64,000 bases of DNA from Octopus bimaculoides (GCF_001194135.2 NC_068997.1:38889903-38953902); one strand, 5' to 3'. Counted from the stretch's first letter, positions 25,245-38,438 are shown. The notes: a model not told the origin generated them from the letters alone. Numbers and translations are program-made.

Positions 25245-26250
25245 GTCATTATTCAGTTCTATTTCAAGATTTCTTGCCAATAGAGAAAGAGACGGCTTCT
25301 AAACTAGATCCAAGGTTCCTTCATTGGAATTTCAACATCAACAACAGGGCGTTTTTGTATGTATGTATGTATGTATGTATGTATGTATGTATGTATATGT
25401 GCTGACCTGTTTGTTTTGCTTTATGTATGTATTCTCATGGATATAGTTGCATATCTAGAGATGCTCATATATATTTAAATGATAAACTTCTGGAAAGTTT
25501 TACAGATTTTTACAGTTCCAGTGATGGATTGGATCTGTAGTCTTCGAATTAGCTCTCTCCTTTCTGGTTATGAGAAGCCTAATTTTTCAAGATTGGTATT
25601 TAGGCAGTGAGTTATATATCCCAGAGACCCAATAGTTACAGGTATAAACCTGAACTTGTAATCTAGATAGAGTAACTGCAGATTATTCAATAATTAAGCG
25701 TAGGTATTCTCTTTTTCACTGATCTTCACCTGTATGTTAACATCCGCTGGGCAGCTAGTTTCCACAACTGTACACAGTTTCTCTTCTCTATCCCAAATCA
25801 TTGTATCAGGTCTGTTGTGCTTACATTTTATTGAGATCTTAACTGGTACATTCAAACTGTATTCCTTTTTATTATGAGTGGCTATGGTTTCTACCATACT
25901 GTGGGTTTTATTTCTTTGTTCTCGGGGTTATCCTTTCGACGAATCCCGTTATACAGTGTCCTAGCTACAGCATCATGTCTCATCGGCAGATAATGCCGTG
26001 ATGACATTTTCAGACAACTGCTTATGATGTGGGTGATATCTACAAAGTCTCCATCAGTTTCACATTTTACTGCTTTTCTTGCATCTATATCACTTTTGTG
26101 CATCAGATACTTGATTGATATTTCCTGTTCCTGGATTGCAAACGCATACACTTCAAAGTGGGTGGTAGTAATCCGGCTATTGATCCATGATAGACTGCTG
26201 TGATGATCAATTTTACTATCATGTCGGAGCTTTCTACTAACACATCCATT
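25245..26250 (-). mobile_element. 5'-truncated R4/Dong-type LINE, copy 1 (CCHC + restriction-like endonuclease + complete 3' UTR)
   Basis: FEVYAFAIQEQEI..DITHIISSCLKMSSRHYLPMRHDAVARTLY and KHNRPDTMIWDREEKLCTVVETSCPADVN carry the PD..D/E RLE motif. The 3' UTR has an internal (ATAC)n at 25357-25394. Confidence 0.9.
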
Positions 26251-26384
26251 ATGTATGTATGCATGTATGTATGTATGTATGTATGTATGTATGTATGTAT
26301 GTATGTATGTATGCATGTATGTATGTATGTATGTATGTATGTGTGTATGTGTGTATGTGTGTATGTGTGTATGTGTGTATACAA

Positions 26385-28140
26385 ATTTGTATGTTTTGTC
26401 TTATGTATGTATTCTCATGCATATACTTGCATATCTAAACATATTTAAATGATTAACTTCTGGAAAGTTTTACAGATTTTTACAGTTCCACTGATGGCTT
26501 GGATCTGTAGTCTTCGAATCAGCTTTCTCATTTCTAGTTTTGAGAAGCCTAGTTTCTCAAGACTGGTATTTAGGCAGTGTGTTATATATCCTAGTGCCAC
26601 AATAATTACAGATATGAACCCAAACTTGTAATCTGGATAGAGTAACCACAAATTTCTCAATAGTTCAGCGTAGGTATTCTCTTTTTTACTGACGATCAAC
26701 TTTATGTTTACATCCACTGGACAGCTGATTTCCACAACCGTACACAGTTTCTCTTCTCTATCCCAAATCATTATATCATGTCTATTGTGTTGACATTTTA
26801 CTGAGGTTTTCACTGAGACATTCCACCAGTACTCCTTTTTATTATGAGTGGCTATAGCGTCCACCATACAATGAGTTATTATTTCTTTGTCCTCGGGGTT
26901 ATCCTTCCGACGGATTTCTTAATAGAGTGTCCTAGCTACAACATCGTGTCTCATCGGTAGATAATACCGTGATGACATTTTCGGACAACTGCTTATGATG
27001 TGGGTGATATCTTCGGTGTTAACTTTACAAAGTCTGTTTCGGTTGTCACATTTTACTGCTTTTCTGCATCGCCGTTCTTTTGTGCATCAGGTATTTGGTT
27101 GGTATTTCCTGTTCTTAGATTGCAAACGCATACCCTTCAAAGTGGGAGGTAGCATCCCAGTTGTTGGTCCATGATAGACTGCTTTGATGGTTTTACTATC
27201 ATGTCGGAGCTTTCTACTAACATCTCCAAGCATGGGCTTCTGCCCTTCCATCTGATGATACGTTGCGGTAGTGGTGTGACTTCTTTAGGCATGTATTGAA
27301 GGTTATCGGACAAGGAGTGCTGTTCAAGGAGTTGCCTTCCAAGTATTATGATGTTACCAGCCTCATGTATGCAAACATGGTCAAGGGATGCATTTCGACA
27401 ATTGATGATTAAAAGATGCTGCCGAAGGGATATGATGCGACATTCAAAGACATTTGGGATCGATGTTGAACCTCAACCTCCTTGTTTCCGTTTTAGGGAG
27501 AGGCGGGGCGGTGTACGTTACTGTTGATGTGGAAATTATGTGTACTTGTTAGTATCTTCCAGGTTTTCATATCAATGGCTCGGATCCCACCAAACGTCCA
27601 ACCAAGCAGCCCAAATGTTGGTATGAGTACTGGCACTGCAAACTCATTGTGGGGCACTATTTTATTGAATGCAAAGAGTTCTGAGTTCCAAATTTTCTTT
27701 ATTCGGCTGTAATATTCTTTAGTGACAAGTTAGAGGTACAATTGTAAGATGTGTTTTCATCCACCTCTTGGTACCTGTAACATTACTCATCAGTCACAGG
27801 AAAAACAGCTAGGTCATTGATGAAGATCCTGCTAGTCTGGTTTACAGTTTTCCCTCTTTTCACAACCATATGGCAACATTTAACCTGACCAAACTCCAGC
27901 CGTGTATCTTTTGAGAGTGCTGTAACTAGGTCAAGGTTATTTTTCATTTCGTGCATATTCTTTGCATATAGTTTCAAGAACCTGTGTAATTTTGGTATTT
28001 CTGTTTCCTTGTGAACCAGTGAGATATCCTTCAGACTTCCTTAACATGAATTACAAGGGGTTTACAGAAAGTATAAACATCACAGAAAGGCTGTCCCCTT
28101 GGAATATGCCCCTGCGATACTGCATTCTATCAGTATGATA
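26385..28140 (-). mobile_element. 5'-truncated R4/Dong-type LINE, copy 2 (RT C-half + CCHC + RLE)
   Basis: RRGIFQGDSLS..SVNPL, KLYAKN..LEFGQVKC and ORF 26445-26867 (HNRHDIMIWDREEKLCTVVEISCP..IQAISGTVKICKTF). By eye about 85% identical to copy 1 over the overlap. Confidence 0.9.
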
Positions 28141-28155
28141 ATACAGTATGTATGT

Positions 28156-28351
28156 TAAAAGGCGGCGAGTTGGCAGAAACGTTAGCACGCCGGACGAAAT
28201 GCTTAGCGGTATTTCGTCTGTCTTTATGTTCTGAGTTCGAATTCTGTCGAGGTCGACTTTGCCTTTCATCCCTTCAGTTGCGTACTGGAGTCGATCTAAT
28301 CGACTGGCCCCCTCCCACCAAATTTCGTGCCTTGTGCCTAGAGTAGAAACG
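28156..28351 (+). mobile_element. SINE family B with 16-bp target-site duplication
   Basis: aatacagtatgtatgt at 28140-28155 and 28352-28367 flanks the element. Confidence 0.9.
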
Positions 28352-28814
28352 AATACAGTATGTATGTATGTATGGTTGGGTGTTTGGCTGGCTGGCTGGC
28401 TGGCTGGCTAGCTGACTGACTGGCTGGATGAATGGATGAATGGATGCATACAAGTGCCGATGATAATGCCGGACGTGAGAAAGTCGGATGCGAAAAGGCC
28501 AAAATCAAACAACTTAAAAGTCAGAATACCGAAATCTTGAAAGATTTAATACTCAGAAGACCGAACTTTGAAATATTTTAGAAGAAAAAATTCGGAAAAC
28601 TGTCTTAAAAGATTTATTTACGGTTAAAAATCTGAGTTTATTACAACTTATTTACTTTTCAAACGCTACATCAAAATATGACAGCCAAATGAAATTTGGT
28701 GAGAGTATTTAGTTACAAGGATACGATACTGAGGACATAGATGAAATTTTAAATTATTTTATGGAATATTTAGTTCTTTATATTCTTTCACTATTAAATA
28801 TATTCTCCTTAACA

Positions 28815-29212
28815 GCTTTTCGTCCGTCATTAACATTTAAGTTCAATTTCTGCCGGGGTCGACCTTATCTTTCTTTCTTCGGAGTCGATAAAATAAATAC
28901 CAGCTGAAGACTGGGGTCGATGTGATTGAATTACTTACTCCCTTGAACTTGCTGACCTTGTGCCAAAATTTGAAATCAATATTGAATATATTCTTCAGGC
29001 GACAAGCTGGTAGAATGGCCATCGTGCCGAGCGAAATGCTTAGCAGAATTTCGTCCGCTTTTTCTTTCTGAGTTCAAATTCAGCTGAGGTCGATTTTGCC
29101 TTTCATCCTTTCAGGGTTGATAAAATAAGTACCAGTTGAGGACTGGTGTCAATGTAATCGATTTAACCCCGTCTTCGAACTTGCTTGTCTTGTACCAAAA
29201 TTTGAAATCAAT
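28815..29212 (+). mobile_element. Two tandem SINE family B copies (~28815-28985 partial, ~28997-29212)
   Basis: Both end in ttgt.ccaaaatttgaaatcaat and carry the central gtcga..ttgcctttcatcc block. Confidence 0.75.
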
Positions 29213-29975
29213 ACAAATGTAAACAAACCAAACGAAAGTTCAAATATGCATATCAGGTCACCTATTAAAACACTTGCTTCATGACTATTTTGTATGGCAA
29301 CTGATTTATGCAGTAGAGTTTGTACTCTATTCTAACTGATTGATTGGGGAAGTAAGCTAGGTACGTCTTCTCTGAGAAACAATCAACAAACTATGAAACT
29401 GTCCGCCAGGACATTCTCCCCTTTTTTCCTCATATCAATAGCAAAGAATGAATGTGTTCACATTTTTATTTAATACAGTGATGCTATATAATGGCTAAAT
29501 ATATTTCAGTTCTGATTTACAAGGTGTTCTGCATAAAATATTGTTTAATTAATGACGAGCTGTTAAAAACACAAATATACTAATTATATTTTTTCTACCA
29601 ACACCGTGTTAGCCTAATTTATGACTTTATACAACTGTTAATCCATGCTATTGATTGGGGAAAAAAACCGAGTCGATCTTCTCTAAGGAGAGACAGTCTA
29701 CATACCATGATGTTGTCCATCACGAGTCTCCCTTCCACCTTTTTCTTCACATTAATAGCATAGAAACATTTTTATTTAACCGATTGTAAGGTATTCAAAT
29801 GTTTTTACATACATACATACATACATATATACATACATACAAACACGCACACATACACATATACATATGTACACGTGTGTCCATGTATGTATATATAATT
29901 GCAAATGCCAGAGTGGACGTAGAGTGAGTGGGAGAAAAGACAAGCCCTGAGACATACCAGCGTTGATAGATTGTT

Positions 29976-30055
<80 letters not shown>

Positions 30056-30129
30056 GAGAGATAGAAAGAGAGAGAGAGTAAAAGAGAGAAAGAGTGAGAA
30101 AGAAAAAGAGAGAAAAGAGAGGTGTTGGA

Positions 30130-30480
30130 GAATACGTTGTTGCTAATGGATGTTCCTGGTATTGGTAAAAGTATTATATTATATGTAAAGCTTGGTAAAG
30201 TTATTGCATAATTACTGCGATTATTAGTAAAACTACCATATAATAACTCAGATTAAGCATAAAGCTATAGCACAATTAGAAAAGTTATTAGTAGAGCTAC
30301 AAAACAGTGATAGAGATTATTGATAAACCTACTACATAACTGATTGTTGGCAAAGTCACACCATAATGAGAGCGATTCATAGGAAATCTGATATGTAGTA
30401 TAATGACAGAGACTTCTGGTGAAGCTACAAGATATTGAAAGAGATTGTTGTTCAGGTTATATGAAGTTATATTGGCGCAA
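30130..30480. repeat. Degenerate ~30-bp minisatellite, array 1
   Basis: Recurring variants of gattattgataaagctactatataatgacaga, e.g. gattattgataaacctactacataac, gattattagtaaaactaccatataat and gtagtataatgacaga. Confidence 0.5.
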
Positions 30481-30492
30481 GCTTTTTTAGGT

Positions 30493-30650
30493 GTGTTTAA
30501 CAAGTTAGGTTAGCGACCAAGTGGTTTTGAGTTCAGTGGCATTGCATGGCACCTTGGTCAAGTATCTTCTGTTATAGCCCCAGACCGACCAATGTCTTGT
30601 AAATGAGCGTGGTAGACAGAAACTGTGAGGAAGTTTGTCGTGTGTGTGTG
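30493..30650 (+). mobile_element. Old SINE family A-like 5' half
   Basis: gagttcagtggcattgcatggcaccttggtcaagtatcttctgttatagcccc..gtagacagaaactg. Confidence 0.6.
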
Positions 30651-30668
30651 TGTGCCCGCACGCATGTA

Positions 30669-30778
30669 TACGAGAGAGTGCTGAAAAGTTTCTGGCTTTT
30701 GGGTAAAAAGAAAATATAGGAAGATCTGTTAATTATGATTTTATTCAAAATCTTCCTCTCTCAGATTCACACATATAT
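30669..30778 (-). mobile_element. Half copy of the 17218-17431 mariner MITE
   Basis: Matches the reverse complement of ~17330-17431 (gtgctgaaaagtttctggctt..ctctcagattcacac). Confidence 0.65.
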
Positions 30779-30786
30779 AATCATTA

Positions 30787-31039
30787 CTGGTACTCCGTCG
30801 GTTACGACGCTCAGACACGTGTGCCCTTAACGTAGTTCTTTGGGATATTCAGCGTGACACAGAATGCGACAAGACTGACTCGTTGAAACACAGGTACTAC
30901 TCATTTTTGCCAGCTGAGTGGACTGGAACATGGTGAAATAAAGCGTCTTGCTCAAGGACACAAGTGGCCGCTGGGAATCGAACACGCGATCTTACGATTG
31001 TGAGACGAATACCCTAACCATTAAGTCACGTGCCTTCAC
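30787..31039 (-). mobile_element. tRNA-derived SINE, CORE-like, related to 8347-8642
   Basis: Minus strand has the A box (gtgacttaatggttaggg), B box (gtgttcgattccc) and tgtgtccttgagcaagac. Confidence 0.8.
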
Positions 31040-31078
31040 ATACATACATACATACATACATACATGCATATACACACG

Positions 31079-32338
31079 TCAGATAATCCCATAAATAATG
31101 TCCAGACTTTCAATTTGTAAACGCTTTAACAATATTTCAGAATGTCTAATGACATCAAGTAATATTTATACGTATTTGGACATATTTAAACTAATTAAAT
31201 TTCATTTTGCGGGATAATCTAATTGAAACTTCACTAATTATAGCTCTTCAAACATGGAAGTGACTAAAGAGCATTTGAGGCACATAATGCTCTATGAGTT
31301 TTTTTTTAAAAAAGGGAACTCTGCAGCTGAAGCGACTCGAAATATTCCTTCAGCTTATGGAGAAGAGTGCCTGAATGAAAGAACTTGCAGAAGATGGTTT
31401 GTAAAATTCAGAAGTGGAGATTTCAGTCTTGAAGATGATATCCGAACAGGACGTCCAATTGAGTTTGATGACAAACTTCTTTTGGCAGAACTTGAAAAAG
31501 ATCACGCGGTTTCAAATGAAGAGTTGGCAAGCAAGCTTCGTTCAAGTCATACAACTGTTCACCGTCATATTCAATAGTTTGGAAAGGTCCCAAAACTCGG
31601 AAAATGGGTGCCTCATGATTTGTTTGAAGCCAACCCCAAAACCTGAGTGGACATCTGCTCTTCTCTTCGTTCTCGTGAACTAATCTCGCCTTTTTTGCAC
31701 AGACTGGTGACCGGTGATGAAAAATGGGTCTTTCATCAAAATGTTAAGCGTCGTAGATATTGGCTTGGTGAAGGGGAAAATGCCCAACCACAACCGAAAA
31801 GGGAACTCCATGCGAAGATGGTTCTTCTCTCTGGTGGGATTGCGAAGGAGTCATCCACTTTGAGTTGCTCCCAACTAATGCAACAACCGATGTTCAAATC
31901 TACTGTTCGCAATTAGGGCGTTTGAACGCTGCTTTGAAGAAAAACAGGTCTGCTTTAGTAAATAGAAAAGAAATAGTGTTTCATCCGGACAATGCAAGAC
32001 CCCACACTGCAAAGATCACGCCACAGAAGATCGAGGAACATGGCTTATTCCCCAGGCTTTGTTCCTTCAGATTACCATTTGTTCTGCAGTTTACAGAATC
32101 ATTTGGCTGGATTAACTCTCGAAACAACTGAAGAAGTTGAAACTGACCATTCAGTGTTCTTCTCTTCGAAACCGAAAGAATTTAATTTTTCTCTTATGGG
32201 ATTACGTAGCTTACGAGTATATGGAAAGATGTCATAAATAATCATGGAAACTATGTTGATTAAGTTTCATTGAAATGTAAGATTTGGTCACTTGCTTTCC
32301 TGATTTAAAATCAGGACATTACTAATGAGATGATCTGA
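31079..32338 (+). mobile_element. Near-full-length mariner transposon (~1260 bp), defective transposase
   Basis: Imperfect TIRs tcagataatcccataaataatgtcc / ggacattactaatgagatgatctga. The ORF from 31254 (MEVTKEHLRHIMLYEF) carries WVPHDL, LVTGDEKW, HPDNARPH and SDYHLF motifs, with frameshifts. Confidence 0.95.
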
Positions 32339-32349
32339 TATATATGTAT

Positions 32350-32487
32350 AGGAGCAGGCTTGACTGTTTTCCCAACCACAGGGTTCCGGGTTCCGTCCCA
32401 CTACGTTACACCTTGAACAAGTGTCTTCTACTATAGCCTCGGGCCGATCAAAGCCTTGTGAGTGGCGGAAACTGAAAGAACCCCATC

Positions 32488-32530
<43 letters not shown>
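32350..32530 (+). mobile_element. SINE family A, 5' half with deletions
   Basis: cccaaccacagggttccgggttccgtcccact..ctatagcctcgggccgatcaaagccttgtgagtg..gaaactgaaagaa. Confidence 0.75.
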
Positions 32531-32535
<5 letters not shown>

Positions 32536-32997
32536 TTTAGATAAGGCTGGTTTATGGGATTACCTTAGGTTTCATGTCCATAAAGGATTTAGCTTAATGG
32601 TGTATCATCATATTCCAAAACCTGTTGGTTTAAGGCCTCTCTAGAATATGGAGGAGGAAAAACCCTGCTACTCAGTGTCTACAAAAGGGATTGTTTTCGT
32701 TTGGCTATCGATCGTCGGTGACCCTGCGGGAAGATTCGCGCTGCGCACAGAGAGGATGCTGTTACCAGAAGTGGTTTCCAAGATTTGCTGGGAAATGTTT
32801 TGGTTCAAGATGCACCAGATCTGCCCAAGGAACTGTAGTCACTGTCTACCAATATTAAAACTGTGACACTACATGACCTTCCTTGACCAATTGCAACCCA
32901 TCCGCCGGTAGCCATCTTGGATTTCCTGCACCTCTACTTTTATTCGAATTTCCACTGGCCCATAAGTAGCACGGAATTTGAATCAAACTGTGCTGAT

Positions 32998-33044
<47 letters not shown>

Positions 33045-33045
<1 letters not shown>

Positions 33046-33225
33046 GCTGTCTTTTACTTGTTTCAGTCAGGGCACCGTCTCGAAAGATTTAGTCGAACAA
33101 ATTGACCCCAGTAATTATATTTTTAGCCAGGTACTTTATTCTGTCAGTTTCTTTTGCCAAACCACTAAGTTACTGGGATGTAAACAAGGCAACACCGGTT
33201 GCCAAGTGGTGGTGGGGGATAAACA
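33045..33225 (-). mobile_element. SINE family A, 3' half
   Basis: Reverse complement of the family A tail (ttttacttgtttcagtc..tttagtcgaacaaattgaccccag..). Confidence 0.75.
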
Positions 33226-33364
33226 TAACCACAATAGTGCGCGCACACGCACACACACACATACATAACACACACACACACTCACACGACGAGCTTCATG
33301 TAGTTTCTATAAGGCTTTGGTCCTATGTTGCTGACAGTAGGAAAAACTTTCTGACACCAGATGC

Positions 33365-33680
33365 TGATAAAGATTATTGATAAAGCTGCTAGATAGTGAT
33401 TATTCATGATTGTGGAATATAATGACAGATTCTCAGCAGGAATGCTATATAATGACAGATATTGGAGTAAAGTTATTTTATAGTGAAATAATCTTAGTAG
33501 AATTACTATATAACGACCGCTGTTGTTGATAAAGATATTGTGTTATATCAATGTAAGTCGTTAATAAAGATACTATTGGTCGAAATTTTTGTTGAAGCTA
33601 CTACATAACGACAGGATTGTATATAGAAATACATGTTAAAGCTACTAAGTTAGGACAGAAAAGTATATAATGACAATTAT
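33365..33680. repeat. Degenerate ~30-bp minisatellite, array 2
   Basis: Units such as gattattgataaagctgctagatag, ggaatataatgacaga, gctatataatgacaga, attactatataacgaccgc and gaagctactacataacgacagg. Confidence 0.55.
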
Positions 33681-36600
33681 TTTTTGCTTTGGTAAACAAC
33701 GGTTGTTATATCATGCATGATATTGTACCATATCGCTTGTTTAAACATTTAATTTTCAATGATCCAATTCATCCGACTGAAAACAGGTACCATATGAAGA
33801 TTCTCCCGTTACTATTTTGCTTAGATCTGCACTAACTGAGCAGACTTATGATAAAAAAGCATGGCCTTCTTACCTTTTCCCTCTTTTTCAGCAAGTAGCA
33901 AACGTATCTTGTTTGAAGATGGTAGAGTGTGGTTTGAGGGTTGTTGGGTATCATTTCTAGAAGGGAGGTCAAGCGATCATCTCGAGGCACCTTCGTTTAT
34001 AAAGGTTCATTGACCTCTGTAAGTAGACGAGACAATAAATATTTTTGGACAAAAGTGTTAACACAAGGATGAGAAAATCATTGTGTGACGTTCACAACCA
34101 TTACATAAACATTCGCAACATAAATGAATTGGCGCTAGTCAACGATCAAAATCTCTCATCACTCCTGTCTTCCTTATGCATATCATTAATCACTCGAACT
34201 TCCAGGATTGCATCCAAAACTCATTCGTTCACTCAACAAACATCCATGCTAGCATTTTTATTGTTCTCTTTATAAGGAGACACTGCTGATAACAGTTGAA
34301 AGGTTCAATAGTTAAACAACTGAGAGGCCTGTGTTACTTATCTTCTCTCATACGCAGCAGAGTTTTACCCGTGGAAGATAAGATGCTGAATTCTCAGCCG
34401 CTGACTTCGGCCAGCGTTAAGCAAAGGCAGCGCAGTTCTGTCAGACTGACCTCTGATTTGTTGAGCTACCCTGCAGAATTCTCATTCTTTCATTGTAAAA
34501 AGTTATCCCTAATAAGTTTGCTTCCAGTTAAGAGCACAGTGGTTTCTAAATTTCACTAAATTTCACCCGAGAAACCCGATATAAATTCGGGGTTTTGGGT
34601 GTTAGGTGAACTAAATGGCACACAGAAGTCTACAGTTATGAATTCAGTTTCTCCTTCATGAAAAATTCTATGAAAGATTAGCCTCCACGGAGAAATTGTT
34701 TCTCACCCATTTAACATTGGCATAAATTGAGTGGACGCCATAACTAAGGCACGTCTATTATCTCTAATATTGGATATTTTACATGAATAAATAGTGACTA
34801 CTTTATTCTTGCTTTTATTTAGTTAGAAAACTAAGTTGTTTTAGTGTTTAGTTAACGACGACTGAATTACCAACATCTAATAATTATGTCTATTAATGTG
34901 TGGAAGGTGAAAAACAAACTTGTGGCAATATAGAAAAACACTGGCAAAACAAACGACAGATAGAAATACAAGAAACAAAACGAGAAAATATTTACCTAAC
35001 GATAATAAGTATGTAACATTGTGAGTGTACGTATGAATGCATGCATGTATGTATGTATGCACGAATGTATGTATGCATGTATGTATGAATGTATGTATGT
35101 ATGTACGTATGTATGCACGTATGTATGTACGTATGTATATACATACATATGTGTGTACATATACAGCTATGTATGTATATATGTATATATATATATATAT
35201 ATATATNNNNNNNNNNNNNNNNNNNNNNNNNNNNNNNNNNNNNNNNNNNNNNNNNNNNNNNNNNNNNNNNNNNNNNNNNNNNNNNNNNNNNNNNNNNNNN
35301 NNNNNNNNNNNNNNNNNNNNNNNNNNNNNNNNNNNNNNNNNNNNNNNNNNNNNNNNNNNNNNNNNNNNNNNNNNNNNNNNNNNNNNNNNNNNNNNNNNNN
35401 NNNNNNNNNNNNNNNNNNNNNNNNNNNNNNNNNNNNNNNNNNNNNNNNNNNNNNNNNNNNNNNNNNNNNNNNNNNNNNNNNNNNNNNNNNNNNNNNNNNN
35501 NNNNNNNNNNNNNNNNNNNNNNNNNNNNNNNNNNNNNNNNNNNNNNNNNNNNNNNGCACACACACATACACACACACACAAATGCGCGCGCACACACATA
35601 AACAATTGCTGTAAAAACACCGCGCTTCTATCTATATAAGCAAATTCCATCCTATGTAATGTGCTTCTGTGCGCAATGATGTAACATAAACAGTGTAAGA
35701 AATAATCCGGATATCCTCTAAGAGGCTCATTGAGATAGGAAATGTCAAGAGAGAAATGTCAGTAGTTCAGAGGTGTGTATGTGTGTTTGTGAAAACACTG
35801 GCCGCTTCCTTTCCTCACCCTTTCCCACCTCGTCATCCTCCTCCCCACGTCTCTCCCTCATCCACTCGCTTTCTTTCCTCCATTCTTTCGTTCCTATCAT
35901 TTTAAAAGGTTTACTTTTCTCTTTAATTAGTCTTCGCTTTGTCTGAAGTTCAGCTCTGGTCATGTTAAAGAAAACGCGGAAAAAAATACTATAAAAATTA
36001 AATTTAGTTTCATATTAGAAACCTCTCACACCATTAGAAGAATTTTTATTCAGACAAATTTTTAGCGATTATTTTACTGTCATTTTATCTACTCTTTCTT
36101 TGTTGTTCTCTTCAATTTCTTTTATTTGTATTTTTTTGTTTGCTTTAATTTTACTCTCATGTTTTGTTTTTGCCTCTTATCTGAAGGTATATAGAATTAT
36201 AAATGTTGAAAATATCACGAAGACATTTTTACCTAAATCTATGCAAAAATACATCGAGTTGACCTCAATACACAAACACACACGTGGCATACACATAGCC
36301 CCACCCTCTCCACGTTCCACACACATACTCATTCTATGTGTATGTATACGGATAAGAATATATGTGTGTCTATTTATGTATATGTGTGCATGCTTGCCTG
36401 TACGCGTTTGTATGTGTGCATGAAAAAGAGAGAAGAGCAGCAGAGATTTGTTTAGATAAGCACAACAAACTATTCATTTAATTTGAATGCATATTAACAT
36501 AGTTAGACTTCAAGAGCATCTTGATTGCTAAGACTGTATATGTCACGGGTTCGTTACCGCACTGATCCCACTTCAAAACTTACCTAGTTCAGTATTGAAC

Positions 36601-37889
36601 TTTCATGATTGGAATTCAATAAAATAAGTTCCAAACACATTTTAGAAGTGAGTTCAAATAAAAATGAACCAAAATAATCTTTTGGATATACGTAAATGCA
36701 GTTATGAATAAAAGATGTAAATGTAAATATAATTTGCTTGTGGAACTCCTGATAAGCACGTTGTCGTGATGTTAAATGTTGTCAGCGTTGATGTAGCTAC
36801 CCATCTCTTCAGATTTAATAAGCTAAATAAGGGTATTTGCTGAAAAACTGTGGCTAGAGTTGTTCCTGTGGTACTGAGTTGAGATCACCGAATAGAAGTC
36901 GTAAGCCTTAATCCATTACCACATTAGTATGTATTAGAGATGGTTTTCTAGCAAAGTTCATGCTGTGTAAAGTTTATGCTTTATGGTTCACCTAAAACCC
37001 CGACACCTTTTCTTCTACCATAGTTGACAAATGAAAAATCAAGTAGATTCTAAAAATTACTTGGCTCATTTCTTTGGCGGTCTTCAAACATTTTAATGGG
37101 AAATTTAATGATCCAAATGATTCTGATTGTACTAATTTTAAGAATAATAGTTTTTTCTTACATGGACTCAATTTTGTCGGGTATCGATATTGTCAATTAA
37201 ATCAGCTTGCTATCTTTTCAATCCTAATGCAATAAAAACAAAATGAGCCTTGGTTGGATTGAAAATCAGCCTGAATGATTAGAAGAACAAAACTAAATAA
37301 TGCAACTCAGCAAATCAGCGACAATAATATATGCATGCAAGAATAAATCAGCGACATTAATATATTCAAACAAGAATAAAGATACCGTGGTCTTCCTCAG
37401 CAGAAAAAGTAACTGGTTCTTCATCGTTTTCGACACTGAATATTGCAATTGTTCGATCAGCTGAATTACCTACCCCTTGAGTTAAAGTATTGAGTTTATT
37501 GTATTGCAAGTATTTAGAACATTTTAAAATCTCTTGGTCTGGAGGGCTGGCAGTGCATATGACCCCCTACAAGGTCTCGGGTACTGGTGGGTGGAAGGTA
37601 TTCTCTAACTAGAAATCTGGCTCAAATATTTGTAAAAGAGTTAACTCTGCTAAAGACCCTTAATACAGACGACGAATTAAAATTCATCACCCTTACTTCG
37701 CCTCTCTTAATTCACTAGTTCATGTTGCACTTTCCTACGTACAGTACCACCGATTGTTAGGGGGTACAAATAAAACGGTTTCTCTGCAAAGGCTCACCGC
37801 CATATAATACAAAACTTGGTCGGTAAGTAACACCTGATAAACTCTACAAATGATTATTAATGATCTTACCTGACGTTCTCACATTTATA

Positions 37890-38070
37890 ACATAGCAAAA
37901 CTGCTTTCCAAAGATTAACCTTTCTATTCAGGGTTAGAAAACACTTTCTACAATGCTCATGAGAAGCACACAAGGGACGTTTACACATCAGGGTCGTTAC
38001 TGCAGCTGCTGCTATAAATCAGAACATCGTAGACTGTGCCTAAAAAAGTGTTCGAGTCATTGGCAACGAA
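37890..38070 (+). mobile_element. Possible decayed Gypsy-type integrase zinc-binding fragment
   Basis: Frameshifted reading RVRKHFL..AHEKH....AINQNIVD..KKCSSHWQ resembles the pattern LRK.IL..AHEGH.G...WPGI..DI...V.KC..CQ. Confidence 0.3.
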
Positions 38071-38234
38071 TCAATCACCAACACAGTTCAGCCTCAAAAA
38101 TACAGAGTCAGTTGCATATGTGTGTACATGTGTCTGCGATTGTGTATATGCATGTCTGTGTGTGTAGGTACGCGCACACACACTATTCAGTCCCACCCAA
38201 CATTCTAGTGTCTCTCTTTTTGGCCCCTCACGCT

Positions 38235-38438
38235 GAGTCTCATGACGATAGATGAGTATAAACACGGAAACCGAATTGAAGACACCGAGTTTGGCTTTTT
38301 TACCAACGTCTCCTTTTCTGAGCATCGAATAATGGAGCGGCCACAATACTGTGCCGGCACCTGTAATTAAAGCGATCAATTCATCCCCGCTTCCCACCTT
38401 GAAATGCTTAAACTTCTCCACTTGTCTCACTGATGTTA
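38235..38438 (-). mobile_element. RTE-clade (Rex3/Expander-like) LINE RT fragment
   Basis: QVEKFKH..ELIALITGAGTVLWPLHYSMLRKGDVGKKAKLGVFNSVSVFILIYRHE resembles QVEEFKYLG..RRIG.A..V...LY..V..K.ELS.KAKL.IY.SI.VP.L.YGHE. Confidence 0.6.

Noticed and set aside
30130-33680. Repeat-spacer pattern as a CRISPR array
   Set aside because: The units are degenerate tandem repeats without unique spacers, in a eukaryotic context with no cas genes.
34562-34610. Hairpin cacccgagaaacccga/tcggggttttgggtg as a pre-miRNA
   Set aside because: The stem is only about 14 bp with bulges, too short, and there is no other support.
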